A DNA stretch of 64,000 nt from a virus (lineage: Duplodnaviria > Caudoviricetes): the IMG/VR virus record IMGVR_UViG_3300037067_007163, positions 7,496-71,495 of that record; one strand, given 5' to 3'. Each line of letters starts with the position of its first letter. The stretch's first letter is position 1. The notes beneath the pieces were generated by a model. The model saw only the letters and a program-made list of their open reading frames with translations. It did no database searches and had not been told where the DNA came from. A program made the translations under genes and the position numbers. This document shows, one piece after another, positions 9,788-18,606 of the stretch.

Positions 9788-10273
9788 ATGGCAAAAGGCA
9801 ACGAAATCATTGTGAGCGCAGACCCCAAGGGTGTATTCCTTGAGGGGACTGTGTATGGTACGCCGAAGCCTGGCACCGTGATGCAGGTTCGAGCAACAGC
9901 CTTGATTGGTGGGCGTCCTGTGTGGGAAGCCTATAACGTGACTGGTGATGGATACCCTGGCATTATTGCTGTATTGCTGCCTGACCAATTGCAAGGCAGC
10001 TTAGCCACTACTGCTTATGTCACTGGTACCCACTGCTTCCTGTATTGCCCGATCGCTGGTGAAGAGCTGAATATGCTCGTAGCTGACGTTTCTGGTACGG
10101 GCACTAGTGGTAGTGAAGCTAAGGCTATTGGTGACATCTTGATGGTAGATGATACCACTGGCAAGTTGGTGGATGACAGTTCTGGCTTGAGGAAGCCTTT
10201 TGTACTGTTGGAAACTCAAGCAGAGCCTATCTCAGCAGATGCTCTGTTGCACTGCATGTACACTGGTCAATAG
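9788..10273 (+). CDS. Head decoration/cement protein (putative)
   Basis: 161 aa between scaffold and MCP; strong SD (GGGAG). Confidence 0.6.
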   Translation: MAKGNEIIVSADPKGVFLEGTVYGTPKPGTVMQVRATALIGGRPVWEAYNVTGDGYPGIIAVLLPDQLQGSLATTAYVTGTHCFLYCPIAGEELNMLVADVSGTGTSGSEAKAIGDILMVDDTTGKLVDDSSGLRKPFVLLETQAEPISADALLHCMYTGQ

Positions 10274-10351
10274 CCAGTTAACAATCAAACAAGACGATTT
10301 TTGAAATTACCTTGGCTCCGGCCAAATTAACTAAGAGAAGGAGAATTCTGA

Positions 10352-11611
10352 ATGTTCACAGATTTTATCGAGAATGGACGAGCGACCGGAGCCGTCGCAA
10401 CCCACATCATGGGTGGCAATGTTCCTGGTGGCTATGACAAGGGTTATGATCGCCCTTACATCAATCGCAAGGGTCAACGGGCTGTCACGATCAACACTGG
10501 TAAGATGGTGTTGAACGAGAAAGGCACGTATGTTCCTGAGAAGCGTGAAGTGTTGATCAGCAACCTGTTGGAACAGGGTATTTACAATCCTGTGTTCAAT
10601 GCCACTTCTCTTCGCAAGGAAGAGTGGATTAGCTTGGACCAAGTAGTGCTGCGTGAGGCTCGTCTTCGCCTTCGGGCATGGGCTGACCTCTCCGCAGCGA
10701 GTAGCTACGGCGGTTTCAACGGCATGGCTAAGAGCATGCTGGAGCATGAGACCATGAGTGATCCCGGCGAAGCCTTGGTCGACATGGACGGTTTGACCCA
10801 AGGTCATACGGATAGCCCGACGTTCCAACTGCAGGGTATTCCGTTGCCGATTACCCACTCGGACTTCTGGTACTCTTCGCGTCGGTTGGCGGAGTCTCGT
10901 AATACGGGTACTCCGTTGGATACGACGATGGGTGAGGCTGCTGGTCGTCGTGTTGCGGAAATGATTGAGCAGACCCTCATTGGCACCACTACGGGCATGA
11001 CCTATGGTGGCACGATGACTCAGTATGGTGGTTACGGTTCCGGTCGTAATGGTGACCGTACCTCGACAGTCTATGGGTACACCAATTACCCTGACCGCCA
11101 CACGTTTGCTAACACCACCGCCCCGACCAGCACGAACTGGTCCCCGGAATGGACGCTGAAAGACGTGTTGGCCATGCGTGACCTGTTGCGCAACGGCCGA
11201 TTCTATGGTCCTTACATGCTGTATCACAGCACGGATTGGGATCAGTACCTTGACAGTGATTACTACGCTGTTCGTACCTCTGGTGCCTTGGCTCCTACCC
11301 AGACGTTGCGTGAGCGTTTGATGAAGATTGGCGACGTTCAAGATGTTCGACGTTTGGACTTCTTGGGATCGTCAACCAATCCGTTCAACCTCCTGTTGGT
11401 CCAGATGACTCCCGACGTTTGTCGGGCGATCAATGGTTTGGACCTCACGACGGTTCAGTGGGAATCCGTTGGTGGCATGCGATTGAATTTTAAAGTGATG
11501 GCAATCCAGGTACCACAAATCCGTTCGACTCAAGCGGGCCGTTGTGGGATTTGTCACGCAACCGTAACAGCAGGTACGGATAGCACCTATCCGACTGGCA
11601 CCAATGCCTAA
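10352..11611 (+). CDS. Major capsid protein, HK97 fold, encapsulin/linocin-M18-like
   Basis: LRKEEWISLDQVV, PLPITHSDF, SRRLAESRNTGTPLDTTMGEAAGRRVAEMIE resemble family-1 encapsulin/linocin-like capsids; AAGGAG SD; position in module. Confidence 0.85.
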   Translation: MFTDFIENGRATGAVATHIMGGNVPGGYDKGYDRPYINRKGQRAVTINTGKMVLNEKGTYVPEKREVLISNLLEQGIYNPVFNATSLRKEEWISLDQVVLREARLRLRAWADLSAASSYGGFNGMAKSMLEHETMSDPGEALVDMDGLTQGHTDSPTFQLQGIPLPITHSDFWYSSRRLAESRNTGTPLDTTMGEAAGRRVAEMIEQTLIGTTTGMTYGGTMTQYGGYGSGRNGDRTSTVYGYTNYPDRHTFANTTAPTSTNWSPEWTLKDVLAMRDLLRNGRFYGPYMLYHSTDWDQYLDSDYYAVRTSGALAPTQTLRERLMKIGDVQDVRRLDFLGSSTNPFNLLLVQMTPDVCRAINGLDLTTVQWESVGGMRLNFKVMAIQVPQIRSTQAGRCGICHATVTAGTDSTYPTGTNA

Positions 11612-11667
11612 GTAAGGGCATGATTAAATGTAAACTGGTCACTTGTTGAGTGATTAGTCTAGTATCT

Positions 11668-11704
11668 CCCTCTGCCACTTGACGCTGCAACAGGTGGCAG
11701 AGGG
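11668..11704 (+). terminator. 11-bp stem-loop after MCP
   Basis: ccctctgccac ... gtggcagaggg inverted repeat; no clear U-tract. Confidence 0.45.
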
Positions 11705-11757
11705 TTACGGTAAACATAAGCAGCAATACCTTTGACACTGATTGGGGAGCGAATATC

Positions 11758-12153
11758 ATGGCGAAGTACAGAATCTTGCGTGGTTGTCATGCAGAAGGTT
11801 TCTATCCTGCTGGTCATCCGCAGGCTGGTAATCCCATTGTCTATGAACCTGGTGAGGTAATCGAGACAAACAACTGCTTGCTGAAGCACAATAGCCGTCC
11901 TGGCACGCAAGGTGCCTTGGGCGATAAGTTTCAACTGGTAGACGATGATCGTATTCAACCGACGGAAAAGATTAAAGTCAAGCCAGTTGAAGAACATGTT
12001 CAAGAACCCAGTCAGCCTGAGGATGGTCTCAGTGGTATGAGCGTGCCAGAATTGAAGGAATTGGCTCGAGGTGATAGCATTGAGCTGGGCCAAGCCAAAA
12101 CGAAGGCTGACATTCTCAAGGTCATCCGCGACGCCTATGCTGCCACTGCGTAG
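11758..12153 (+). CDS. Hypothetical protein with C-terminal Rho-N/HeH-like domain
   Basis: LSGMSVPELKELA...KTKADILKVI; common immediately after phage MCPs. Confidence 0.6.
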   Translation: MAKYRILRGCHAEGFYPAGHPQAGNPIVYEPGEVIETNNCLLKHNSRPGTQGALGDKFQLVDDDRIQPTEKIKVKPVEEHVQEPSQPEDGLSGMSVPELKELARGDSIELGQAKTKADILKVIRDAYAATA

Positions 12154-12188
12154 TCGTTGCTCTAAGGGTAGAGAGGAGCGACTCACTG

Positions 12189-12608
12189 ATGGCCAGAACA
12201 ACTTCTATCGCAGTGCAAAGAGTTTTGGGTGGTCACTATGACACTCAAAACAAACCAGCACTAGATCCATTCATCAAGACTGCAAATATCTTGGTGGGTC
12301 AAGTTGCTCTCCAAGTTGGAACCCCGGATGCTGCCACACTGGCCGAGATCGAGTGCTACCTCTCGGCACACTTCTATGCTCATGCAGATCAGATCACCCA
12401 AACAAAGAGTACGGGTGGGGCCAGTGGCAGCTTCCAGGGTACTACGGCAATGGCTTTGAATGGCACACAATACGGTCAAACAGCAATGCTGTTAGACTCT
12501 AGTGGTTATCTTGCCAAGCGTAGCAAGGAAGTAGAAACAGGACAACGACGTGTTGCCACTTGCACATGGTTGGGTGAAGACCCTGACGACCAAACTCAGT
12601 ATCAATAA
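12189..12608 (+). CDS. Head-tail adaptor (gp15-like)
   Basis: IECYLSAHF...TQYGQ motif, size and position. Confidence 0.7.
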   Translation: MARTTSIAVQRVLGGHYDTQNKPALDPFIKTANILVGQVALQVGTPDAATLAEIECYLSAHFYAHADQITQTKSTGGASGSFQGTTAMALNGTQYGQTAMLLDSSGYLAKRSKEVETGQRRVATCTWLGEDPDDQTQYQ

Positions 12609-12973
12609 TGCCACCCATTGAATCCCAAAATCTGAATCAGCACGCAGTTCTTTGGGCAAGGGGTGACTATGACACCTATGGTCGGTACACAGTGTCTTCT
12701 CCCATAGAGATTAACGTGCGGTGGGAAGAGGGTCAAACCCAAAGCAGTGGTGCACAAGATACTGTTATTGCTGTAAGTGTTACACTGTTTGTAGATCGAG
12801 TAATCACACCTGGTAGTTTGGTATGGAAAGGAAAGTTGAAAGACTTACCTGCTTCTCCAACAAACATTAAAGAGGTGGAGAACTACGATGAAGTGCCTGA
12901 CCTGAAGGGTAGAAGGTTTCGTCGAAGGGTGACTTGCAAGCGATACGAAGAACAACTACCAACGGTTGTGTAA
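12608..12973 (+). CDS. Head closure/stopper protein (putative)
   Basis: Size, synteny after the adaptor, beta-rich. Confidence 0.6.
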   Translation: MPPIESQNLNQHAVLWARGDYDTYGRYTVSSPIEINVRWEEGQTQSSGAQDTVIAVSVTLFVDRVITPGSLVWKGKLKDLPASPTNIKEVENYDEVPDLKGRRFRRRVTCKRYEEQLPTVV

Positions 12974-12975
12974 TC

Positions 12976-13674
12976 ATGGGAATTATCTTAGCAATACTAA
13001 GCGTGATTGGTTCCGTTCTTGGTGCCATTGCTAGCTTTGTTGCACAAGTGTTTAGTTGGGCTGTCAAGACATTTCCTTGGTACGTGTGGGTAATACTAAT
13101 TGGTGTTTGTATTGCCTTCAGCTATGGAATAAAGTTAGGAGCCAATTGGTCTGGCAGTGGAACGAATTTTGGTTGCTCTTGTCGAGACTTCATGTGCCGT
13201 AGACAACGAGATCCTAGACCACCTCATGTGACAACAGAGAGCGTTGTTTCCGTGACCAATGGTGTTACGTTGTCTTGCAAGGCAGGATTGAGAGGCAGAC
13301 GAACACACACCGTTACTTTGATTGATGTTGCTGCTCCAGAGAGTGGAAGTGTTTTAGCTGAGCAAAGTAGAGCTAATCTGGAAAAGATTGCTGGCAAAAC
13401 CATTAGAGTAGAAACGAATCGAACTGGCATTTTTAGATCAGAAGCTCAGCCTAGCCTGCCACAGCAGGAAGAAGAATCAACGATGACTGTGGAAGCATCC
13501 GAGGAAGTTGAAGCATTAGGACCAGTTACTGGTGTTGTGTATGGAGAAACAGGCAGTTGTTTACAAGTGGAACAACTCTATGCTGGGATGGTTAAGTGTT
13601 TACCCAGTGCTTCAAAGGAATGGAAGAGAGTGGAAGCAACAGCGAAACGTCAAAAGTTAGGGGTGTGGAAATGA
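12976..13674 (+). CDS. Membrane-anchored thermonuclease (SNase)-fold protein with degenerate active site
   Basis: N-terminal hydrophobic segments; VVSVTNGVTL, VTLIDVAAPE and EATAKRQKLGVWK match the SNase layout. Confidence 0.65.
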   Translation: MGIILAILSVIGSVLGAIASFVAQVFSWAVKTFPWYVWVILIGVCIAFSYGIKLGANWSGSGTNFGCSCRDFMCRRQRDPRPPHVTTESVVSVTNGVTLSCKAGLRGRRTHTVTLIDVAAPESGSVLAEQSRANLEKIAGKTIRVETNRTGIFRSEAQPSLPQQEEESTMTVEASEEVEALGPVTGVVYGETGSCLQVEQLYAGMVKCLPSASKEWKRVEATAKRQKLGVWK

Positions 13675-13829
13675 CTGCAAAATGGTATTGGATTTGTGGT
13701 ATTTCAGCATACGTCGCACCGGCAATTATTATGTTGGTGTACATCTTGGCCAACAGTTTAGACCGTCCAGTAATTGGCAGTCTATTGTGGCCCTTGCGAC
13801 TAATCAAGATGCTTTTAGGGGAAGGTTAG
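13671..13829 (+). CDS. Small membrane protein
   Basis: ATG overlaps the previous stop; hydrophobic 52 aa. Confidence 0.55.
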   Translation: MTAKWYWICGISAYVAPAIIMLVYILANSLDRPVIGSLLWPLRLIKMLLGEG

Positions 13830-13833
13830 TAAC

Positions 13834-14211
13834 ATGGTACAGATGATTGGTTGGGGAGTAATCGTAGCAGCAGTTTTGATACTGCTCTATTACGTTTGGA
13901 CAACGTGGTTCAAAACGGCTAATGTCGGAACCAGCACGGTGGGTAAGTTTATCACTGGAGCATTGGAATCTGCCCAGCTGACAACTAACCTAGGGTATGT
14001 CGAATTGTTGAGCAAGGTAGATGTGGTAGAAGCTTCTGAGGAAGCAGTGAAGGCTTGCGATGTGCTTTCAAACGTCTTGTGGCAGGGAGCAATGGCTGCA
14101 TGGAAGAAAGCTCAAACGGAATCTACAACTACAACCACCACAACAACAGAAGTTAAGACTGCTAAAATCACAACTGTAGATGGTACTGTTGTGGAGGTGC
14201 CTGTTCAATGA
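13834..14211 (+). CDS. Membrane protein with Thr-rich tail
   Basis: N-terminal TM segment; STTTTTTTTE run. Confidence 0.6.
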   Translation: MVQMIGWGVIVAAVLILLYYVWTTWFKTANVGTSTVGKFITGALESAQLTTNLGYVELLSKVDVVEASEEAVKACDVLSNVLWQGAMAAWKKAQTESTTTTTTTTEVKTAKITTVDGTVVEVPVQ

Positions 14212-14588
14212 AGAAAGCATTACCTGTTGCTGGGTTACTGCTATTGATGTTGTTGGGGGTGGGTTTAGTTGCTAGACCAGACCTAGTAGCTATGCCTGGA
14301 GTGAATGCCCCTAATACTGCAGTAATTATTCATGAGTCTGGAGTCAATAAACCGTTGTCTTTTGCAATGGTAGAAGTGCTAGCCAAAGCACCCTCTCTAG
14401 GCATTAACGTGTGGGACCAAGGAATCTTAGGCAAGAATAAACAACCCTCAAAAGAAGCTCAACCCTTCTTAGAAGCAGCAAAGGGTAAAGACCTGCCTGT
14501 GTTGGTGCTACGATGGCCTGGTGGTTCTTACACAGTTAAGCCTTGTCCTACAACGCTGGTTGACTTGAAGAAGGAGGTTGGACAATGA
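14208..14588 (+). CDS. Secreted/membrane-anchored hypothetical protein
   Basis: MKK plus hydrophobic signal-like N-terminus. Confidence 0.6.
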   Translation: MKKALPVAGLLLLMLLGVGLVARPDLVAMPGVNAPNTAVIIHESGVNKPLSFAMVEVLAKAPSLGINVWDQGILGKNKQPSKEAQPFLEAAKGKDLPVLVLRWPGGSYTVKPCPTTLVDLKKEVGQ

Positions 14589-15349
14589 TTCTAATCAATG
14601 ACGACAACTGGCAAGAAGTGGTTCAAGAATCTCAGAATCAAGGATTCTCAGTAGGTGCACTACCCCGCCAAACAGGCATTGGGGAAATGTCTTGCGCAAC
14701 AGTGTTTGCAGAGCAGGTTCCTATTATTCCAGAGAGTGAATGGAAACCTCGTATTGCAGAAATGACTGCCAGTGGACTGTTTATTGGACAACGGTGGAAG
14801 TCTGACACAAAGTTAGACTACCAGAATGGGTTAGGATTCTGTTGGGCTAAGTCATTAGCACAAGCATGCATGGCTGTACGTGCTGCTCAAAATCAACCTT
14901 TTGTACAGTTGATGGGAGAATCTCTAGCAGAGTGCGTTGGCTACCGAAATCGTGGTTACTACTTGGATCGAGCGTTAGAGTATGCCAACAATCGAGGCAT
15001 TGCTAGCATTGCCACAGTGCCACACTTGAAAATCACTCAAGGTGAATGGAATCCTCAATATGCCGAAGAACGGCAAAGCTACATGCCCTTAGAGTGGTGG
15101 GACTTGGGGGGCAAGGAAGTTTGGGCAGAAACAATTACTGCTCTCTTGATGGGGTATGGCTGTTACGTTGGTTATGATTGGTGGGGTCATGCTGTATTCC
15201 TCGACATGCTCAGGGTCAATGCTAAAGGTCAAATTGAAGTGCATACCCCCAATACCCACGGACAAGGCAACGATGCTTGGTTGGCAGGTAGCAAGGCTAT
15301 TCCCAGCATGGGATCCTTTGTACTACGTGGAATGAACTTAGCAATTTAG
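14585..15349 (+). CDS. Papain-like (C1-type) cysteine peptidase
   Basis: YQNGLGFCW (oxyanion Q and catalytic C), WWGHAV (His), downstream PNTHG (Asn). Confidence 0.7.
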   Translation: MILINDDNWQEVVQESQNQGFSVGALPRQTGIGEMSCATVFAEQVPIIPESEWKPRIAEMTASGLFIGQRWKSDTKLDYQNGLGFCWAKSLAQACMAVRAAQNQPFVQLMGESLAECVGYRNRGYYLDRALEYANNRGIASIATVPHLKITQGEWNPQYAEERQSYMPLEWWDLGGKEVWAETITALLMGYGCYVGYDWWGHAVFLDMLRVNAKGQIEVHTPNTHGQGNDAWLAGSKAIPSMGSFVLRGMNLAI

Positions 15350-15358
15350 GAAATAGTT

Positions 15359-15541
15359 ATGTTGCAATGCATTTGTGACATGTATAAATTACATAGTGCC
15401 CATGGTGGAATGCCACTTCCACCAGAAGTGTTGTTGATTGGTGCACTATTGTTAATTCTGGTGCTTATTTCTTGTGGAGCATTGGGATGTTATGGATTAT
15501 GGTGGTTGTTTAAGTTTGCTGTTCAAATGGCCACGAATTAA
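15359..15541 (+). CDS. Small membrane protein
   Basis: Long hydrophobic segment; SD-like AGGAA upstream. Confidence 0.45.
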   Translation: MLQCICDMYKLHSAHGGMPLPPEVLLIGALLLILVLISCGALGCYGLWWLFKFAVQMATN

Positions 15542-15584
15542 AGTTTGTGTTTTATGCTGATTCAATTCAGCAGAAAGCGAGGAT

Positions 15585-16085
15585 GTGATGAAAAACGTAG
15601 TTCCTATTCTATGCTGTGTGTGCTTGTTAATTGGTGGTAGCTTGCTAACTGCTCCAGCAAGTACGACGAGCACTTATCTGTTGCCGTTGACGTATACGGT
15701 GGCCACTGCAGACATTCCTCAAGACATACAGCAACCAGCAGTTGTTATTCCTGCCAAACCGGCAATTGTCGATAGTAAGTTGGTAATTTCTCCTCAATAC
15801 GTTGATCAGTCAAAAAATCCTGACAAGATCAATTTGGAGATCTCTATAGCAGACCAGCCTTGTGCAAATGGCGGTTGTGCTAATGGAGTGTGTCCTATGA
15901 GACGATCTGTCAGTACAGTGAACACTGAGACAACGACTACGTCTACTGTAGCTGTTTCAGAAGAAAGGGAATTGCATCTGCTAGGACGTGTTGCAGTTAG
16001 GGCTCAAGGTGTTGTTGGTAGGGTTTGTAACCTATTAGGTTGCGAACGACGTCAAGAAAGACGGGCTACCCGACGTGGGGGTTGA
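15585..16085 (+). CDS. Secreted Cys-containing hypothetical protein
   Basis: Signal peptide; CANGGCANGVCP; Arg-rich C-terminus. Confidence 0.55.
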   Translation: MMKNVVPILCCVCLLIGGSLLTAPASTTSTYLLPLTYTVATADIPQDIQQPAVVIPAKPAIVDSKLVISPQYVDQSKNPDKINLEISIADQPCANGGCANGVCPMRRSVSTVNTETTTTSTVAVSEERELHLLGRVAVRAQGVVGRVCNLLGCERRQERRATRRGG

Positions 16086-16116
16086 TAGCCTTTGCTGCAT
16101 GGGGCAGTCCCCCTAA

Positions 16117-16154
16117 CTACCCAGCGGTTGTTGTCCCCGATGACCGCTGGGTAG
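16117..16154 (+). terminator. 12-bp stem-loop
   Basis: ctacccagcggt ... accgctgggtag in an intergenic gap. Confidence 0.45.
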
Positions 16155-16176
16155 ATTCTACTTACAGCAACCAATT

Positions 16177-16578
16177 ATGATCACCATTCGTCTAGTTCGA
16201 GAAACACATAGTGCAAAGACTGCAGCTTATTGGGAAGGCTGGCAGTGTGTTCGTACAAGGCAACCTTGTCGTTTCACAACAGACGAAGAGAAGAAAGATT
16301 GGGCACTAGGGTTTGAAGCAGGAATTGAAGACACCAAAGATAAAAAACCTTGGTATAGAAGCAAGACATTGTTAGTAGGTTCAGTGCTATTGGTTTTTGG
16401 AATTGTACTGTGGGCCACGGAAAGATCTGTTGAACCTACGGGTGGTCCCTTCATGTCTTCTGGATTCGGACAAGGTGTCACCATGTCCAGTCTCTTAATG
16501 ATCTTTTTAAGAACGATAACCAATGAGGGGGTTGGAATGACTTCAGGTCAATATACTCCACCCCAACCACCAATATGA
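16177..16578 (+). CDS. Holin-like two-TM protein with extra N-terminal domain
   Basis: KPWYRSKTLL followed by two TM segments, a pattern seen in small phage holin-like proteins. Confidence 0.5.
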   Translation: MITIRLVRETHSAKTAAYWEGWQCVRTRQPCRFTTDEEKKDWALGFEAGIEDTKDKKPWYRSKTLLVGSVLLVFGIVLWATERSVEPTGGPFMSSGFGQGVTMSSLLMIFLRTITNEGVGMTSGQYTPPQPPI

Positions 16579-16973
16579 CAAGACAAAAAATTAAACATGA
16601 AGATCAGCCACACACTGCTAGTCAAGAAAGAAATGGTGAAGCTTTTGGACAGGCTTCAATACAAGTTTCCTCAACAATAAATGAGGATAGGCATCTGAAA
16701 GGAATTGAATCCATGTTGTCAGATGAAGTACAAATACCCCTACCAGAATATGTCAGAATGATTGCCAGGGAAGCTGGATTGGTAGCTGCTCGGGAAGTCT
16801 TAGAAGAGCACCGCAAAGCATGTCCTGCTGCTACGTCAGCAGAGTCTGTATCTAAGTCCATAAAGAGTCTTGAGATAAGATTTGGCATGTTGATTGGTAT
16901 TATGATTGGCAGTGGGACACTTGGTGGCATAGTTGGTGTGGGAGTAAGTGCTGTAGTGAAGTCATTGGTGTAA
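16575..16973 (+). CDS. Coiled-coil protein with C-terminal TM (holin/antiholin-like)
   Basis: C-terminal GMLIGIMIGSGTLGGIVGVGVS. Confidence 0.5.
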   Translation: MTRQKIKHEDQPHTASQERNGEAFGQASIQVSSTINEDRHLKGIESMLSDEVQIPLPEYVRMIAREAGLVAAREVLEEHRKACPAATSAESVSKSIKSLEIRFGMLIGIMIGSGTLGGIVGVGVSAVVKSLV

Positions 16974-17013
16974 TGTTTAGGTTGATCCAGCAAGGCGAAA
17001 CGGGGAAGAAATA

Positions 17014-18606
17014 ATGCCTGCATACACCATTTACGTTAGTCCCGATGACGGCGATGACGCCCGCACGCTAACGCAGGCTCAGTCACCGGATACGCCCTGG
17101 AAAACGATCAATCGCGCGACAAACTTGCAGGCGTATTCACCGGGCGATTCCGTGACGATCCTGGTACGCACGCCCTCCGGCACGATTGCTGACAGGTTGC
17201 GATTTACAACCGCTAACCATGCTGGAGTCACCTTTGCCGTCGGCCCTGAAACACCGGGTGATCGTATCCCGATCAATCCGGTCGGAATTTCCACTTACCT
17301 GGTATCACTAGCGAATGAGTTTACCGACGCAGCGCCGCTTGGCATCACTGTTGCCAATTTAGATATGGTGAGCGCTGCCGGGGTGTCTTTTCTTGGCGCA
17401 TCCGGGCAGCCTTCGGCTACGATTGTAATCGATAATTGCACCGGCATCAGCACCGAAGCCACTTGCCGCTGGATACAGGTCGGAAACACCGGAAATTACG
17501 ATATGAACTTGACGATTCGAGACACTACATTTACTGGCGGGCGGACATATCTTTACCTGCCACGAGCCGGGCATGTGATCCTTGATGGCGTCACCGTAAC
17601 CGTTGGCAATAGCTCAACCGATACACCGACGCTGTATTTGGGCCGAATCGCCAGTCTGACTATTTGTGGCCACTGCCAGTTCACGTTACAGCAGAGCAAA
17701 AACTATGGCTGGCTATCATGGCTGCCACGAGAGTGCAGCAGCATCAGCATCGGCGGAGAAACTGACGCTGACGCGGTGGTTGTCGATGGAACCGGCATTA
17801 CTGGGAGCGTTTCTGCGATGCTCCGAATTGATACGATCAGTCCGACCAGCACGGTTACGGAATGTGATTTCTCGCTGCGCCACACGACTATTAAATGCGC
17901 CCAGGCGGCTGGCGGTGTCGTTCGGCTGGGCGTTTTCGACGACTCTGGTTTAAGCCGCGTTGCAAGTAGAGCAGCACTCCCCGGCATCTTCACAAATGTC
18001 GTTATCGATGATAATCAGCTTGTCAATACTGTTTCTCCGATTGTGGCGACGACGAGTGGATTGTGGATTGGGCAGGGATTTGACAACGGAAAAGTCCGAA
18101 GGAACTACATCTGCAACGGCGACCTAACCGCCACTTCTGGGCATGGCTTTCGCGTCGATGCCGATGGAATGTCGATCGAGGCAAATCTGGTTTACGGTTC
18201 GTTGACGATGCTGCTGTTTGGGAATAACAACACCGTTCGGCGCAACACCTGTTTTGCATACAGCACAACATTGCTGTTCGGCCGTACCGGGACGGGTGTG
18301 TGGGACGGGTCGCAAGGTAACATTGTCACTGACAACATTTTTTATGTGGCCAGCCCAACCTCCTATACCTATTCGGATTATGAGTATAACGTGCATTGCT
18401 ATGCGGCGGTGCCGTTCACAAACAGACTCGACCGCAATCTCTACTTTGCACCTAATGAATCCCCGTTGGCAAATATCAATTCGATCGAGTGCTACAGTCT
18501 GTCCGAGATACAAGCGGTCTGGGCGACGTGGGGGACGCACCCGGACAACGACTCGCACACCTACGCGATTGACGCCCCGATCCAGTATTACAGCGGAGAC
18601 AACTAA
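17014..18606 (+). CDS. Right-handed beta-helix (pectate-lyase-like) virion/spike protein
   Basis: YVSPDDGDD...PWKTINRA N-terminal motif, parallel beta-helix repeats (VRRNYI, IEANLV, VRRNTC, VTDNIF), LDRNLY. Confidence 0.7.
   Translation: MPAYTIYVSPDDGDDARTLTQAQSPDTPWKTINRATNLQAYSPGDSVTILVRTPSGTIADRLRFTTANHAGVTFAVGPETPGDRIPINPVGISTYLVSLANEFTDAAPLGITVANLDMVSAAGVSFLGASGQPSATIVIDNCTGISTEATCRWIQVGNTGNYDMNLTIRDTTFTGGRTYLYLPRAGHVILDGVTVTVGNSSTDTPTLYLGRIASLTICGHCQFTLQQSKNYGWLSWLPRECSSISIGGETDADAVVVDGTGITGSVSAMLRIDTISPTSTVTECDFSLRHTTIKCAQAAGGVVRLGVFDDSGLSRVASRAALPGIFTNVVIDDNQLVNTVSPIVATTSGLWIGQGFDNGKVRRNYICNGDLTATSGHGFRVDADGMSIEANLVYGSLTMLLFGNNNTVRRNTCFAYSTTLLFGRTGTGVWDGSQGNIVTDNIFYVASPTSYTYSDYEYNVHCYAAVPFTNRLDRNLYFAPNESPLANINSIECYSLSEIQAVWATWGTHPDNDSHTYAIDAPIQYYSGDN

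Noticed and set aside
10331-11341. Long antisense ORFs over MCP and scaffold (also 9107-9994)
   Set aside because: Shadow frames of strongly codon-biased genes, with no recognisable motifs.
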